DNA of 64,000 nucleotides from Alphaproteobacteria bacterium (GTDB lineage Bacteria; Pseudomonadota; Alphaproteobacteria; Rs-D84): NCBI GenBank assembly GCA_017616785.1, contig JAFZXK010000006.1, positions 3,184 to 67,183 of the forward strand, read 5' to 3'. Shown piece by piece: positions 54,882 to 64,000 of this stretch (position 1 is its first letter; each line of letters starts with the position of its first letter). The notes under the pieces were generated by a model. It saw only the letters and a program-made list of their open reading frames with translations, ran no database searches and was not told where the DNA came from. The position numbers and the translations under genes were made by a program.

Positions 54882-55220
54882 ATGCAACAAAAAAACATAA
54901 AAGAAATCATGATTGCGCTGCACAAAGTGCTTAGCACAACCGTGTGGGTAAACGCCGACCGGCAAATAATATCGCTTAGCGATGAATTGCAAATCGGTCA
55001 TAACAATTCACCGCGTTCTATCGAAGATTTGCCGCGCGCATCGTTGGTTGGTGCGTATGTGTCTTTGCAAATTCGAACAGACAATTTCGATGTCGCGGCC
55101 GAAGCCCTTGAAACACGGGATTTGGCATTGCGGGTCAAAGAAATGGTCTTTGCCGAAGCAAAACGCATTATGGATGCGGCCGAAGGTAAATCAAACGGGA
55201 CGGTCGCGATGGCGGCGTAA
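54882..55220 (+). CDS. Hypothetical protein (112 aa)
   Basis: The ORF has a strong AAAGGAGGG RBS and is followed by a terminator. I recognise no motif. Confidence 0.6.
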   Translation: MQQKNIKEIMIALHKVLSTTVWVNADRQIISLSDELQIGHNNSPRSIEDLPRASLVGAYVSLQIRTDNFDVAAEALETRDLALRVKEMVFAEAKRIMDAAEGKSNGTVAMAA

Positions 55221-55257
55221 ACCAAAAAGTTTCCGGTTTCCGGAAGGAAGGAGAGCA

Positions 55258-55288
55258 CGTCGGCGGGTAACCGCCGACGATGTTTTTT
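55258..55288 (+). terminator. Rho-independent terminator
   Basis: The stem is CGTCGGCGG/CCGCCGACG with a GTAA loop, followed by a T6 run. Confidence 0.8.
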
Positions 55289-55302
55289 GATATCAAAAAA
55301 TA

Positions 55303-56367
55303 TTATGCTGTTTGTAATTCGGCGCGGATGTGTGCAAGGTTTGCCACACGGCCACCGATGATGTCGTTCAAATCTTTCTTGGCAAATTCAGACGCGTATT
55401 GTATCGCGTTTGCAAAGGCCAGCGCATCTGAATTTCCGTGCGTTTTAACAACAAAACCCTTTAAGCCCAAAAATGTTGCACCCGCATAAGAACGTGGGTC
55501 AATTTTATGCTTTAACCGTTTGAAAACGTGCACAAGGAAAAAGGCCCCGATTATCGCAAGCCACGATTTCTTCATATTTTCAGATATAACGCGTTTGATA
55601 AGTTTCGCGGTGCCTTCGACAGTTTTTAAAACTATATTGCCGGTGAATCCGTCGGTAACAACAACCTGGACCCGGCCGGCGCTGATGTCCGTTGGTTCCA
55701 CGAACCCAAGGTATTCAAACGGCAATTCCGCACGGTGCGCGGTAAGTAATTTATTTATGTGTTGCAATGTTTCGTTGCCCTTGGTTTCTTCTTCGCCAAT
55801 GTTCAACACGCCAAGTTTCGGACGCGACATTTTGCCGATAACTTCGGCATAAACACTGCCCAAAATTGAAAAATCAAACAGATTTCCCGCATCGCATTGC
55901 ACATTTGCGCCCAAATCAAGAACGACCACACGTGAATCGCCCGCACCCGACGGCAACATTGTCGTAATCGCCGGACGCGAAATACCATCAATCGTCTTTA
56001 ACGCAAGTTTCGAAAGCGACATCAAAACGCCAGTGTTTCCGGAACTGACCACCGCGGCGGCGTTTCCTTCGCGTACATCCTTTATCGCCATATACATCGA
56101 AGTATTTTGCGCGTGGCGAATAACATCGCGGATTTTGTCCGTACCTTGGATTACATCGGGCGCATCAATTACCGTGCAATTGCGTGCAACACGTGGGTAA
56201 CGCGCCAACAATTTACGCAGGACTTTTTCATCACCAAAGACACGAAAAAAAGTGTGCGATTCACCGTGTTGGTATAAAAACTGATTTATACCGCCAAGCA
56301 CCGCGGCCGGCCCACGGTCGCCGCCCATCGCATCAATCGCAATAATTTTTTTTGTATCTTCGGACAT
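55303..56367 (-). CDS. plsX: Phosphate acyltransferase PlsX
   Basis: IAIDAMGGDRGP and other family-typical blocks are present. It lies downstream of rpmF. Confidence 0.95.
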   Translation of the reverse strand: MSEDTKKIIAIDAMGGDRGPAAVLGGINQFLYQHGESHTFFRVFGDEKVLRKLLARYPRVARNCTVIDAPDVIQGTDKIRDVIRHAQNTSMYMAIKDVREGNAAAVVSSGNTGVLMSLSKLALKTIDGISRPAITTMLPSGAGDSRVVVLDLGANVQCDAGNLFDFSILGSVYAEVIGKMSRPKLGVLNIGEEETKGNETLQHINKLLTAHRAELPFEYLGFVEPTDISAGRVQVVVTDGFTGNIVLKTVEGTAKLIKRVISENMKKSWLAIIGAFFLVHVFKRLKHKIDPRSYAGATFLGLKGFVVKTHGNSDALAFANAIQYASEFAKKDLNDIIGGRVANLAHIRAELQTA

Positions 56368-56432
56368 TGCGTATTAAAAATGCAGACAGGCACAAAGATG
56401 CGCCAAATCTGCACATATTTCTTGTTTCGTTA

Positions 56433-56582
56433 TTATTTTGCACCGCATGCAGGGCAAATGTGATGTGGGCGTTTCTTTTCGCCACATGTTTTGCAAACGC
56501 CACATGGCATCTTTGCCAATGCGTCATGTGAACGACGTTGTGCGCTGCGTGCTTTGCTTGTTTTACTTCTTGGCGTTGCCAT
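56433..56582 (-). CDS. rpmF: 50S ribosomal protein L32 (49 aa; not in the ORF track)
   Basis: Manual translation gives MATPRSKTSKARSAQRRSHDALAKMPCGVCKTCGEKKRPHHICPACGAK, which has the L32 signature with a CxxC...CxxC zinc ribbon. Confidence 0.88.
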   Translation of the reverse strand: MATPRSKTSKARSAQRRSHDALAKMPCGVCKTCGEKKRPHHICPACGAK

Positions 56583-56652
56583 TTTTCGATCCTTTTATTC
56601 GACAGTTGTTAATTCTATTCAATTCTTACCCATTTGCAAGCAAAAAATTGTA

Positions 56653-57051
56653 TCAATCCGATATAACCTTGGCCACGAACATGCCGTGATTGTGCATAAG
56701 GCCGATTACCGCGCTGTGGTCGTCAAGGCCAAGGTAAAATTTATATCCGTCCGATTCCAATTCTTTAATTTTTGCAAGTTTATATTCCGCCGTTGTACCG
56801 GGGTAATCGTGCGGTTTGCAAAATACAATCTTTTTTATATTCGGCAGCAAGTTATCGATAAACGCGTCAACTTTTTCCTGACCCATGGCCCAACGACCGG
56901 TAATAAAAACGATTGTGAAATCACGCCCCAATGCTTCCAGTATGCGTATCATATTCGCATTTGGCTCACCGAAGCGGTCATAGTCAGCTATGGCCCATTT
57001 TTTGGACACAACACCATCAATATCACAGAAAATCGCGAGTTTATCAGACAT
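56653..57051 (-). CDS. Small HAD-superfamily phosphatase-like protein (132 aa)
   Basis: Motif I is FCDIDGV, motif II is FITGR, and an acidic motif GLDDH is present. No obvious SD precedes the ATG; a TTAGTG-repeat unit abuts it. Confidence 0.5.
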   Translation of the reverse strand: MSDKLAIFCDIDGVVSKKWAIADYDRFGEPNANMIRILEALGRDFTIVFITGRWAMGQEKVDAFIDNLLPNIKKIVFCKPHDYPGTTAEYKLAKIKELESDGYKFYLGLDDHSAVIGLMHNHGMFVAKVISD

Positions 57052-57137
57052 AGTGGTTAGTGTTAGTTCCGCCTACGCCAAGGCTACGGCGAGACAAGGA
57101 TTAGTTGTGGTGGCGCATTTCGCGCCACCCGGTATAA

Positions 57138-60100
57138 TTACAAATCCAACAACTGTTGATGTTCGCCACCTTCGCGTGCGACGCGTTCGGCCTTTTCTTC
57201 TTGCTTGGCAATTTCGCGAACGCGACGGACGTACGCGCCCGTTCCAATCGGAATAAGGCGACCAACAATAAGGTTTTCATTGATACCGACCAATTTATCG
57301 GTTGAACCATTGATTGCCGCATCAACCAAAACCTTGGTCGTTTGTTGGAACGATGCGTTCGATATAAACGAACGTGTGGTAAGTGATGCGCGGGTAAGTC
57401 CAACCAAAACCTGGGACGCGGTTGCCGGACGGCCACCATCATGGATAACACGCGCGTTTTCTTCTTCGAAATCGACACGGTCAACAACATGGCCCGTTAG
57501 GAATCCAGTATCGCCCGGGTCGGTAATTTCAACACGACGCGTCATTTCACGAATCAAAATTTCGATGTGCTTGTCATTGATGGACACGCCCTGAAGACGA
57601 TAAACCTGTTGAATTTGTTCAACCATAAAGGTCGCAAGTGCTTTTTGCCCCAAGATACGCAAAATATCTTGCGGTACCGGGTCACCATCAACCAATTTAT
57701 CCGCCTTTTTCACGACATCGCCACTGCGCACCAACAGGTTTGTTCCCTTTGGCACCGCATATTCAACCGGCGCCGTTCCATCATCAGGTTCAATACGGAT
57801 AAGAATCTTGGATTTCGCATCTTCCAATTCGATCGTTCCGTCGATTTCCGCAAGCAATGCCGGATTTGACGGACGACGAACCTCTAATAATTCTTCGACG
57901 CGCGGCAAACCACCGGTAATATCGCCCGTCCGCTTTGCCTGGACCGGAATACGCGCCAAGACATCGCCCGCCGCAACCGTTGCACCATTTGCAACGTTCA
58001 ACACCGAATGTATCGGCAACAAGTATTCCGCAACCTTTTTCCCGCCAAGCGATAAGATATCGCCCTTTTCATTTACCAAACGGATTGCCGGTTGCATTGC
58101 CTTTTTCGTGTTCAGTTTCCAATTGATAACCTTGCGCGAAATGATACCGGTTGTTGCATCGACTTCTTCTTGGAACGAAACATTTTCAACCAAATCATTA
58201 AAGTTCACAATACCGTCTTTTTCCGCGATGATAGTGTTGGAATATGGATCCCATTCGGCAACCTTGGCGCCCTTTTCGACACTGTCGCCTTCGTTCACAA
58301 TCAACATAGACGCATATGGCAAACCACAACTGAACAATTCTTCACCGGACGGCGACACAACGGCGACCTTGCCATTACGGGAAAGGACAACCACGCGGCC
58401 CGCAGAATTTTTAATTGTGTTCACACCAATCAATTTGATTTTACCGGCAACAGGGACCTCGATATAATGACTTTCGGTTCCGCCCGACGCAATACCACCA
58501 ATGTGGAAGGTACGCAATGTCAACTGAGTCCCCGGTTCACCAATGGATTGCCCCGCGACAACACCGACGGCTTCGCCAACATGCACCAATGATTGACGCG
58601 ACAAATCCATACCATAGCATTTTGCGCACAAACCGTCGCTGCAACACGTCAGAACACTGCGCACATCGACACTCGGGAGACCAGATTCGTTAATCTTACG
58701 CGCTGCAACCTTGGTTATCAATTCACCGGCCGGAACAATGACTTCCTTGGTAATCGGATGAACGATATCATGTGCCGCGGTACGTCCCAAAACAACATCA
58801 CCCAATGGCACAGACAATGTGCTGCCTTGGTACACAGGTTTTGCGGTAATATATTCCTTGGTTCCGCAATCGTGTTCGGTAATAACGGTATTCAACGCCA
58901 AGTCAACCAAACGACGCGTCAAATAACCCGCCTGAGCCGTCTTTAATGCGGTATCGGACAAACCTTTGCGCGCACCGTGGGTTGATGTAAAGTATTCCGC
59001 CATTGTCAAACCTTCCTTAAAGTTCGAAATAATCGGAACTTCGATAATCGAACCATCGGGCTTTGACATCATACCACGCATACCGGCCAACTGTTGAATC
59101 TGACGTTTGGAACCACGGGCCTTGGAATCCGCCATCATATAGATAGAGTTCCAATTGTCGCCTTCGGACCGGCCCAACGCGGCAAACGACAAATCACCCA
59201 AGCGGTCGGTTGTTTTCTGCCAAAGGTCAATAAGTTTATTATAACGTTCACCACCAGACAACAAACCGTTTTGATATTGATTTTCGATATCTTTTGCAGC
59301 CATTTCGGTATCAGCAATCATTTTTTCTTTTTCTTCGGGAATGACAACATCGTCATAGCCGATTGAAATACCACTGCGTGCCGCCTGTTCAAATCCGGTA
59401 TTCTTTAACGCGTCGGCAAGTAAAATCATCGCCTTGTCCCCACAACGTTCATATGTCACAGACAACAAAGATTCAATATCGCCAAGCCCCATAACCTTGT
59501 TCACCAAGTCAAACGGCATATTATCTGATTTCGGCAATAACTGACCAATAATCATACGACCCGCGGTTGTTTTGTATGTTTTGCCATTGATACGCGCAAC
59601 AATCGGTGTATGAAGTGTAATGGTCTTGTTTTCCAGTGCCAATTCAACTTCGTCCATGTTGCTAAACCGTGGTGATTTTTCGGTATGTTCGCCATTTATC
59701 AAAGAGATGTAATATATACCCAACACCATGTCTTGGGATGGCACAGTCATTGGTTTTCCATTTGCCGGCGACAAAATGTTATTGGTCGAAAGCATCAATG
59801 TGCGTGCTTCTAACTGTGCCTCTAATGAAATTGGAACATGCACAGCCATCTGGTCACCGTCAAAGTCCGCATTGAATCCCTTGCAGACCAATGGGTGCAA
59901 ACGAATTGCCTTGCCTTCGATCAAAACCGGTTCAAACGCCAACAATGACAATCTGTGCAAAGACGGCGCACGATTCAGCAATACCGGATGTTCATGGATA
60001 ACCTTTTCAAGTATATCCCAAACAACATATTCACCATTTTCAACCATTTTGCGTGCGGTCTTTAATGTATTTGCATAATCGCCCGCCATCAAACGCGCGA

Positions 60101-61247
60101 ACACAAACGGTTTGAACAATTCAAGCGCCATTGCCTTTGGCAAACCGACCTGGTGCATCTTTAACGACGGCCCGGACACAATCACACTACGGCCAGAATA
60201 ATCCACACGTTTACCCAACATATTCATACGGAAACGACCAGATTTACCACGCAAAGACCCAGACAATGATTTAAGCGGACGACGATTTTGCGAAACCATC
60301 GGGCGCGCCTTGTGTTCGTTATCAAACAGTGAATCGACCGCTTCTTGCAACATACGTTTTTCGTTACGGACAATGATTTCAGGCGCATGCATTTCCATAA
60401 ACCGCTTCAAACGATTATTACGGATAATCACACGGCGATACAAATCGTTAAGGTCGGACGCCGCAACATGGCCCGCATCCAATGTAACGAGCGGACGCAT
60501 ATCCGGCGGGATAACCGGGATAATATCCGGCAACATCCATTGCGGTTCGGTTTTCGAATCCAAGAACGCTTCGACCAATTTCAATTGCTTCATAATAGAT
60601 TTGCGTTTTGCTTCGGATTTTGTTTCCGCCAATTCCGCACGCAGACGTGTTCTTTCGTCACCCATGTCAAGGTTTGCAATTATGCTGCGCACACCTTCGG
60701 CACCGATTCCAACACGGAACGCATCCGGCCCAAATTCTTCGACCGCGGCGCGATATTCATCTTCGCTAATAACATCGTATTGTTTGAGGTTCGTAAGGCC
60801 CGGTTCAATAACGATATATGCGTCATACGATATAACTTGTTCCAATTTCTTTTGTGAAAGGTTGTTCAACAATGTTGCAATTTTACCTTCACGCAGGAAC
60901 CAAGTATGTGCAACCGGCATCGCCAATTTGATGTGCCCCATACGTTCACGACGAACGGACGCAGAACCAACCTCGACCCCGCAACGTTCACAGATAACAC
61001 CGCGGAACTTGATTCTTTTATATTTTCCGCATGCGCATTCGTAATCTTTGACGGGTCCGAAAATCTTTTGACAGAACAATCCATCCGGTTCCGGTTTTAA
61101 CGAATGATAGTTTATCGTTTCCGGCTTTGTAACCTCACCATGTGACCAAGAAAGGATTTCTTCCGGTGATGCAATCGTTACGCGCAGCGCATCAAATTGT
61201 TCCCTTGTTTCAATTTGTCCAAATATCTTTTGCAACATATTTGCCAT
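57138..61247 (-). CDS. rpoC: DNA-directed RNA polymerase subunit beta'
   Basis: The ORF is 1369 aa. A Zn-binding CxCGKY...CxxCGVEV, the NADFDGDQMAVH catalytic loop and an AAGGAG RBS are present. Confidence 0.98.
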   Translation of the reverse strand: MANMLQKIFGQIETREQFDALRVTIASPEEILSWSHGEVTKPETINYHSLKPEPDGLFCQKIFGPVKDYECACGKYKRIKFRGVICERCGVEVGSASVRRERMGHIKLAMPVAHTWFLREGKIATLLNNLSQKKLEQVISYDAYIVIEPGLTNLKQYDVISEDEYRAAVEEFGPDAFRVGIGAEGVRSIIANLDMGDERTRLRAELAETKSEAKRKSIMKQLKLVEAFLDSKTEPQWMLPDIIPVIPPDMRPLVTLDAGHVAASDLNDLYRRVIIRNNRLKRFMEMHAPEIIVRNEKRMLQEAVDSLFDNEHKARPMVSQNRRPLKSLSGSLRGKSGRFRMNMLGKRVDYSGRSVIVSGPSLKMHQVGLPKAMALELFKPFVFARLMAGDYANTLKTARKMVENGEYVVWDILEKVIHEHPVLLNRAPSLHRLSLLAFEPVLIEGKAIRLHPLVCKGFNADFDGDQMAVHVPISLEAQLEARTLMLSTNNILSPANGKPMTVPSQDMVLGIYYISLINGEHTEKSPRFSNMDEVELALENKTITLHTPIVARINGKTYKTTAGRMIIGQLLPKSDNMPFDLVNKVMGLGDIESLLSVTYERCGDKAMILLADALKNTGFEQAARSGISIGYDDVVIPEEKEKMIADTEMAAKDIENQYQNGLLSGGERYNKLIDLWQKTTDRLGDLSFAALGRSEGDNWNSIYMMADSKARGSKRQIQQLAGMRGMMSKPDGSIIEVPIISNFKEGLTMAEYFTSTHGARKGLSDTALKTAQAGYLTRRLVDLALNTVITEHDCGTKEYITAKPVYQGSTLSVPLGDVVLGRTAAHDIVHPITKEVIVPAGELITKVAARKINESGLPSVDVRSVLTCCSDGLCAKCYGMDLSRQSLVHVGEAVGVVAGQSIGEPGTQLTLRTFHIGGIASGGTESHYIEVPVAGKIKLIGVNTIKNSAGRVVVLSRNGKVAVVSPSGEELFSCGLPYASMLIVNEGDSVEKGAKVAEWDPYSNTIIAEKDGIVNFNDLVENVSFQEEVDATTGIISRKVINWKLNTKKAMQPAIRLVNEKGDILSLGGKKVAEYLLPIHSVLNVANGATVAAGDVLARIPVQAKRTGDITGGLPRVEELLEVRRPSNPALLAEIDGTIELEDAKSKILIRIEPDDGTAPVEYAVPKGTNLLVRSGDVVKKADKLVDGDPVPQDILRILGQKALATFMVEQIQQVYRLQGVSINDKHIEILIREMTRRVEITDPGDTGFLTGHVVDRVDFEEENARVIHDGGRPATASQVLVGLTRASLTTRSFISNASFQQTTKVLVDAAINGSTDKLVGINENLIVGRLIPIGTGAYVRRVREIAKQEEKAERVAREGGEHQQLLDL

Positions 61248-61260
61248 TTTTCTAAACTCC

Positions 61261-61345
61261 TTGTTTAGTGTTAGTGGTTAGTGTTAGTGGTTAGTGCTGA
61301 CAGTGATTAGTAAAAATACTAACGACTAACCACTTACACTAACAC
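61261..61345. repeat. TTAGTG-heptamer palindrome filling the rpoB-rpoC spacer
   Basis: The left arm is AGTGTTAGTGGTTAGTGTTAGTGGTTAGTG. The right arm is CTAACGACTAACCACTTACACTAACACT, whose reverse complement is AGTGTTAGTGTAAGTGGTTAGTCGTTAG. Confidence 0.8.
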
Positions 61346-64000
61346 TCAATCTATTTTCTTTGGTGTCATCGCAAGACCCAATCCACGCAATTCGCGAACA
61401 AACACGTTAAATGCCTCTGGCGTGCCGGTTTGGATATCGTCACTGCCGGAAATGATGGATTCGTACATCTTGTTACGACCGACAATATCGTCCGATTTTA
61501 CCGTCAACATTTCACGCAGCAAGTGTGCGGCACCATGTGCCTCCAGCGCCCACACTTCCATTTCACCCAAACGCTGACCACCCATGTGTGCCTTACCGGA
61601 CAATGGCTGTTGCGTGACAAGCGAATAACTTGCGGTGGAACGCGCGTGAATCTTTTCGTCCACAAAGTGATGCAATTTCAACATATACATCACACCAACG
61701 GTAACCGGACGCGCAAACTTTTCGCCCGTAACACCGTCGTAAAGTGTGAACTGACCAGTTTCCGGCAACTTCGCCAATTTCAACATGCGACGAATATCTT
61801 CGGCATTGGCACCGTCGAATGTCGGGGTTGCCATTGGCACACCATCACGCAGCAATGCGGCATTAGCACGAACATCGGTATCGGTCATTTTGGCCAATTT
61901 TTCCGCCATATCTTTGCCGTAAATCTTGCCCATTATCGTGCGCAGGTCATCGGTTACCGCACGTTTTTGTTTAACCTCGTCCAAAACGGCACCAATCTGC
62001 TGACCCAGTGTGCGCGCCGCCATACCAAGGTGGGTTTCCAAAATCTGACCAAAGTTCATACGACTTGGCACACCAAGCGGATTCAAAACGATATCGACCG
62101 GTGTTCCATCTTCCATATGTGGCATATCTTCGATTGGAACAACGCGCGACACGATACCCTTGTTTCCATGACGTCCCGCCATTTTATCACCAGGTTGCAA
62201 TTTCATTTTGTGTGCGATGTAGACCTTTACTTCCTTTAATACACCGGCATTCAATGAATTGCTTTCTGTTGCCTTTTCAATTTCGCGGTCGGCATTTTCG
62301 TTTAATTGTTTCAATGTCAAAATATGCACATCGCGAATTTCTTCGATTTTCGCCTGGGCTTCTTTGTTAGAAACAACCAACTTTTTGAAATCAGACGGTT
62401 TGATACCTTCGAACACTTCTTGGTTCAGTTTTTTACCGATAAATGGTTTCAAACTACCTGTGCCGGCCTCAATCGTATGTCCTTCGGCAATTTGGAAAAT
62501 CTGGTCTGCGAAACCCTTTTCCATGATTTGAATTTCTTCGTCACGATCTTTGTTTATCTTGGCGATTTTTTCCAATTCAATCATTTGGGTACGTTCATCT
62601 TTCTTGACCCCATGCCGCGTTAGGATATTCACACCGATAACGGTTCCTTCTTCGTTCGGGCCAACACGCAGTGATGTATCCTTGACATTCAACGCCTTTT
62701 CACCAAAGATGTTGCGCAACAACGCTTCTTCGGGGGTAAGCAATGTTTCAGATTTCGGCGACACATGTCCAACCAAAATATCACCCTGTTTCACGCGCGC
62801 ACCGATATAGATAATACCGGATTCGTCCAAATTCTTTAACGCTTCTTCACTAACATTTGGAATATCACGTGTCAAACTTTCAGGCCCCAATTGCGTATCG
62901 CGAACCTTGATTTCTTTTTCCACAATCTTGACCGATGTGAAAACATCATCACGCGAAATACGTTCAGAAATCACAATGGAATCTTCATAGTTATATCCAC
63001 GCCATGGCACGAACGCAACCAATACATTACGACCCAACGCCAATTCGCCATAGTTCATTGACGAACCGTCCGCGATAATATCGCCCGCAGATATACGGTC
63101 ACCCGCGTGCACCAATGGCTTTTGATGCAAAATTGTATCATTATTCGAACGTTCGTATTTTTCCAAGTTGTAAATATCCACACCCGTCACGACATTACGG
63201 CTATTCATACATTTTACAACGATACGATTTGCGTCCGCAGATTCAACGATACCGCTGTGCTTTGCGACCTTGCCCGTACGGGAATCACGTGCAACCTCAC
63301 GTTCAATACCTGTTCCAACAAGTGGTGTTTGCACGCGCATTAATGGCACGGCCTGGCGCTGCATGTTCGAACCCATCAATGCGCGGTTTGCGTCGTCATT
63401 TTCAACGAACGGAATAAGTCCGGTTGAAATGGACACCACCTGGCGCGGTTCAACGTCGATTAAATCGATTTCTGCGCGCGGGACACGCGTAAATTCACCA
63501 TCAACACGCGCGGTAACCATTTCTTCGGTTAAAACACCCTTGTCATTTGTTGGGGTATTACCCTGGGCGATTTTGTGACCCAATTCTTCGTCCGCGGTAA
63601 GATAAACCATCTTGTCTGTAATCTTGCTGTTTTCGACAACATAGTACGGTGTTTCAATAAATCCATACGGATTCACACGCGCATATGACGCAAGATGGTT
63701 AATCAAACCAATGTTTGCACCTTCGGGTGTGTTAATTGGGCAAAGACGTCCATAGTGTGTTGGGTGAACGTCGCGGACATCGATACCGGCACGTTCACGG
63801 TTAAGTCCCCCCGGACCCAACGCAGATATACGACGTTTGTGTTCCAATTCCGAAAGCGGATTATACGCATCCATAAACTGTGACAATTGACTTGTCCCAA
63901 GGAATTCCGCAACCAACGACATCAACGGGTTGACGTTCACGACATCTTGGGGTTGCATTGTTGCGATATTTGGTGAAGACAAACTTTCGCGCACCAATCG
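61346..64000 (-). CDS. rpoB: DNA-directed RNA polymerase subunit beta, C-terminal ~885 aa; the gene continues beyond the window end
   Basis: Conserved blocks include GPGGL.RERAG, NMQRQAVPL, GRHGNKG and EVWALEAYGAA-like EVWALEAHGAA. The ORF is open to the edge. Confidence 0.98.
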   Translation of the reverse strand, partial: RLVRESLSSPNIATMQPQDVVNVNPLMSLVAEFLGTSQLSQFMDAYNPLSELEHKRRISALGPGGLNRERAGIDVRDVHPTHYGRLCPINTPEGANIGLINHLASYARVNPYGFIETPYYVVENSKITDKMVYLTADEELGHKIAQGNTPTNDKGVLTEEMVTARVDGEFTRVPRAEIDLIDVEPRQVVSISTGLIPFVENDDANRALMGSNMQRQAVPLMRVQTPLVGTGIEREVARDSRTGKVAKHSGIVESADANRIVVKCMNSRNVVTGVDIYNLEKYERSNNDTILHQKPLVHAGDRISAGDIIADGSSMNYGELALGRNVLVAFVPWRGYNYEDSIVISERISRDDVFTSVKIVEKEIKVRDTQLGPESLTRDIPNVSEEALKNLDESGIIYIGARVKQGDILVGHVSPKSETLLTPEEALLRNIFGEKALNVKDTSLRVGPNEEGTVIGVNILTRHGVKKDERTQMIELEKIAKINKDRDEEIQIMEKGFADQIFQIAEGHTIEAGTGSLKPFIGKKLNQEVFEGIKPSDFKKLVVSNKEAQAKIEEIRDVHILTLKQLNENADREIEKATESNSLNAGVLKEVKVYIAHKMKLQPGDKMAGRHGNKGIVSRVVPIEDMPHMEDGTPVDIVLNPLGVPSRMNFGQILETHLGMAARTLGQQIGAVLDEVKQKRAVTDDLRTIMGKIYGKDMAEKLAKMTDTDVRANAALLRDGVPMATPTFDGANAEDIRRMLKLAKLPETGQFTLYDGVTGEKFARPVTVGVMYMLKLHHFVDEKIHARSTASYSLVTQQPLSGKAHMGGQRLGEMEVWALEAHGAAHLLREMLTVKSDDIVGRNKMYESIISGSDDIQTGTPEAFNVFVRELRGLGLAMTPKKID

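Noticed and set aside
57205-63912. Numerous 60-270-aa ORFs on the plus strand and in alternative frames within rpoC and rpoB (for example 60310-61044 and 61430-62239)
   Set aside because: They are shadow ORFs inside two of the most confidently identified genes in the window.

Overview
The window looks like a chromosomal segment of an AT-leaning, probably reduced-genome alphaproteobacterium. This is inferred from gene content and order: lptE-holA, olsB-olsA, rpmF-plsX, fabH-ihfA, a DUF4164-like gene next to zapA, a short ProRS, and rpoB-rpoC. About 40 housekeeping genes are recognisable: sodB, cvpA, a U32 peptidase, glyQS, lgt, nrdDG, map, radC, parC, proS, mltB, hemW, an M13 peptidase, fabH, ihfA, a PLD-family protein, plsX, rpmF, rpmG, rpoC and partial rpoB. 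There are five tRNAs (Thr-UGU, Asp-GUC, Glu-UUC, Leu-UAG, Arg-CCU). Many orphan secreted, outer-membrane or Cys-rich surface proteins are interspersed, including a 1452-aa and a 635-aa tandem pair. I found no rRNA, CRISPR array, transposase, integrase or reverse transcriptase. The most interesting signals are non-coding or structural:
1. Two paralogous promoter-plus-230-nt structured leaders, each ending in an intrinsic terminator in front of an orphan gene (4097-4352 and 21091-21345), with mutually exclusive helices and one compensatory pair.
2. A class III ribonucleotide reductase whose glycyl-radical tail is separated from the catalytic body by a single in-frame TAG and has its own RBS and ATG.
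3. An A9 slippery run that could add a membrane anchor to a periplasmic CPHC thioredoxin-fold protein.
4. A 294-bp MITE-like element with 25-bp terminal inverted repeats.
5. A genome-specific TTAGTG heptamer repeat family placed right after stop codons, including a perfect 25-bp inverted pair and the rpoB-rpoC spacer.
6. GC-rich multi-hairpin REP-like mosaics.
7. Duplicated flanks next to tRNA genes that bracket small cargo cassettes.
All functional calls rest on motif recognition by eye. No database search was run.
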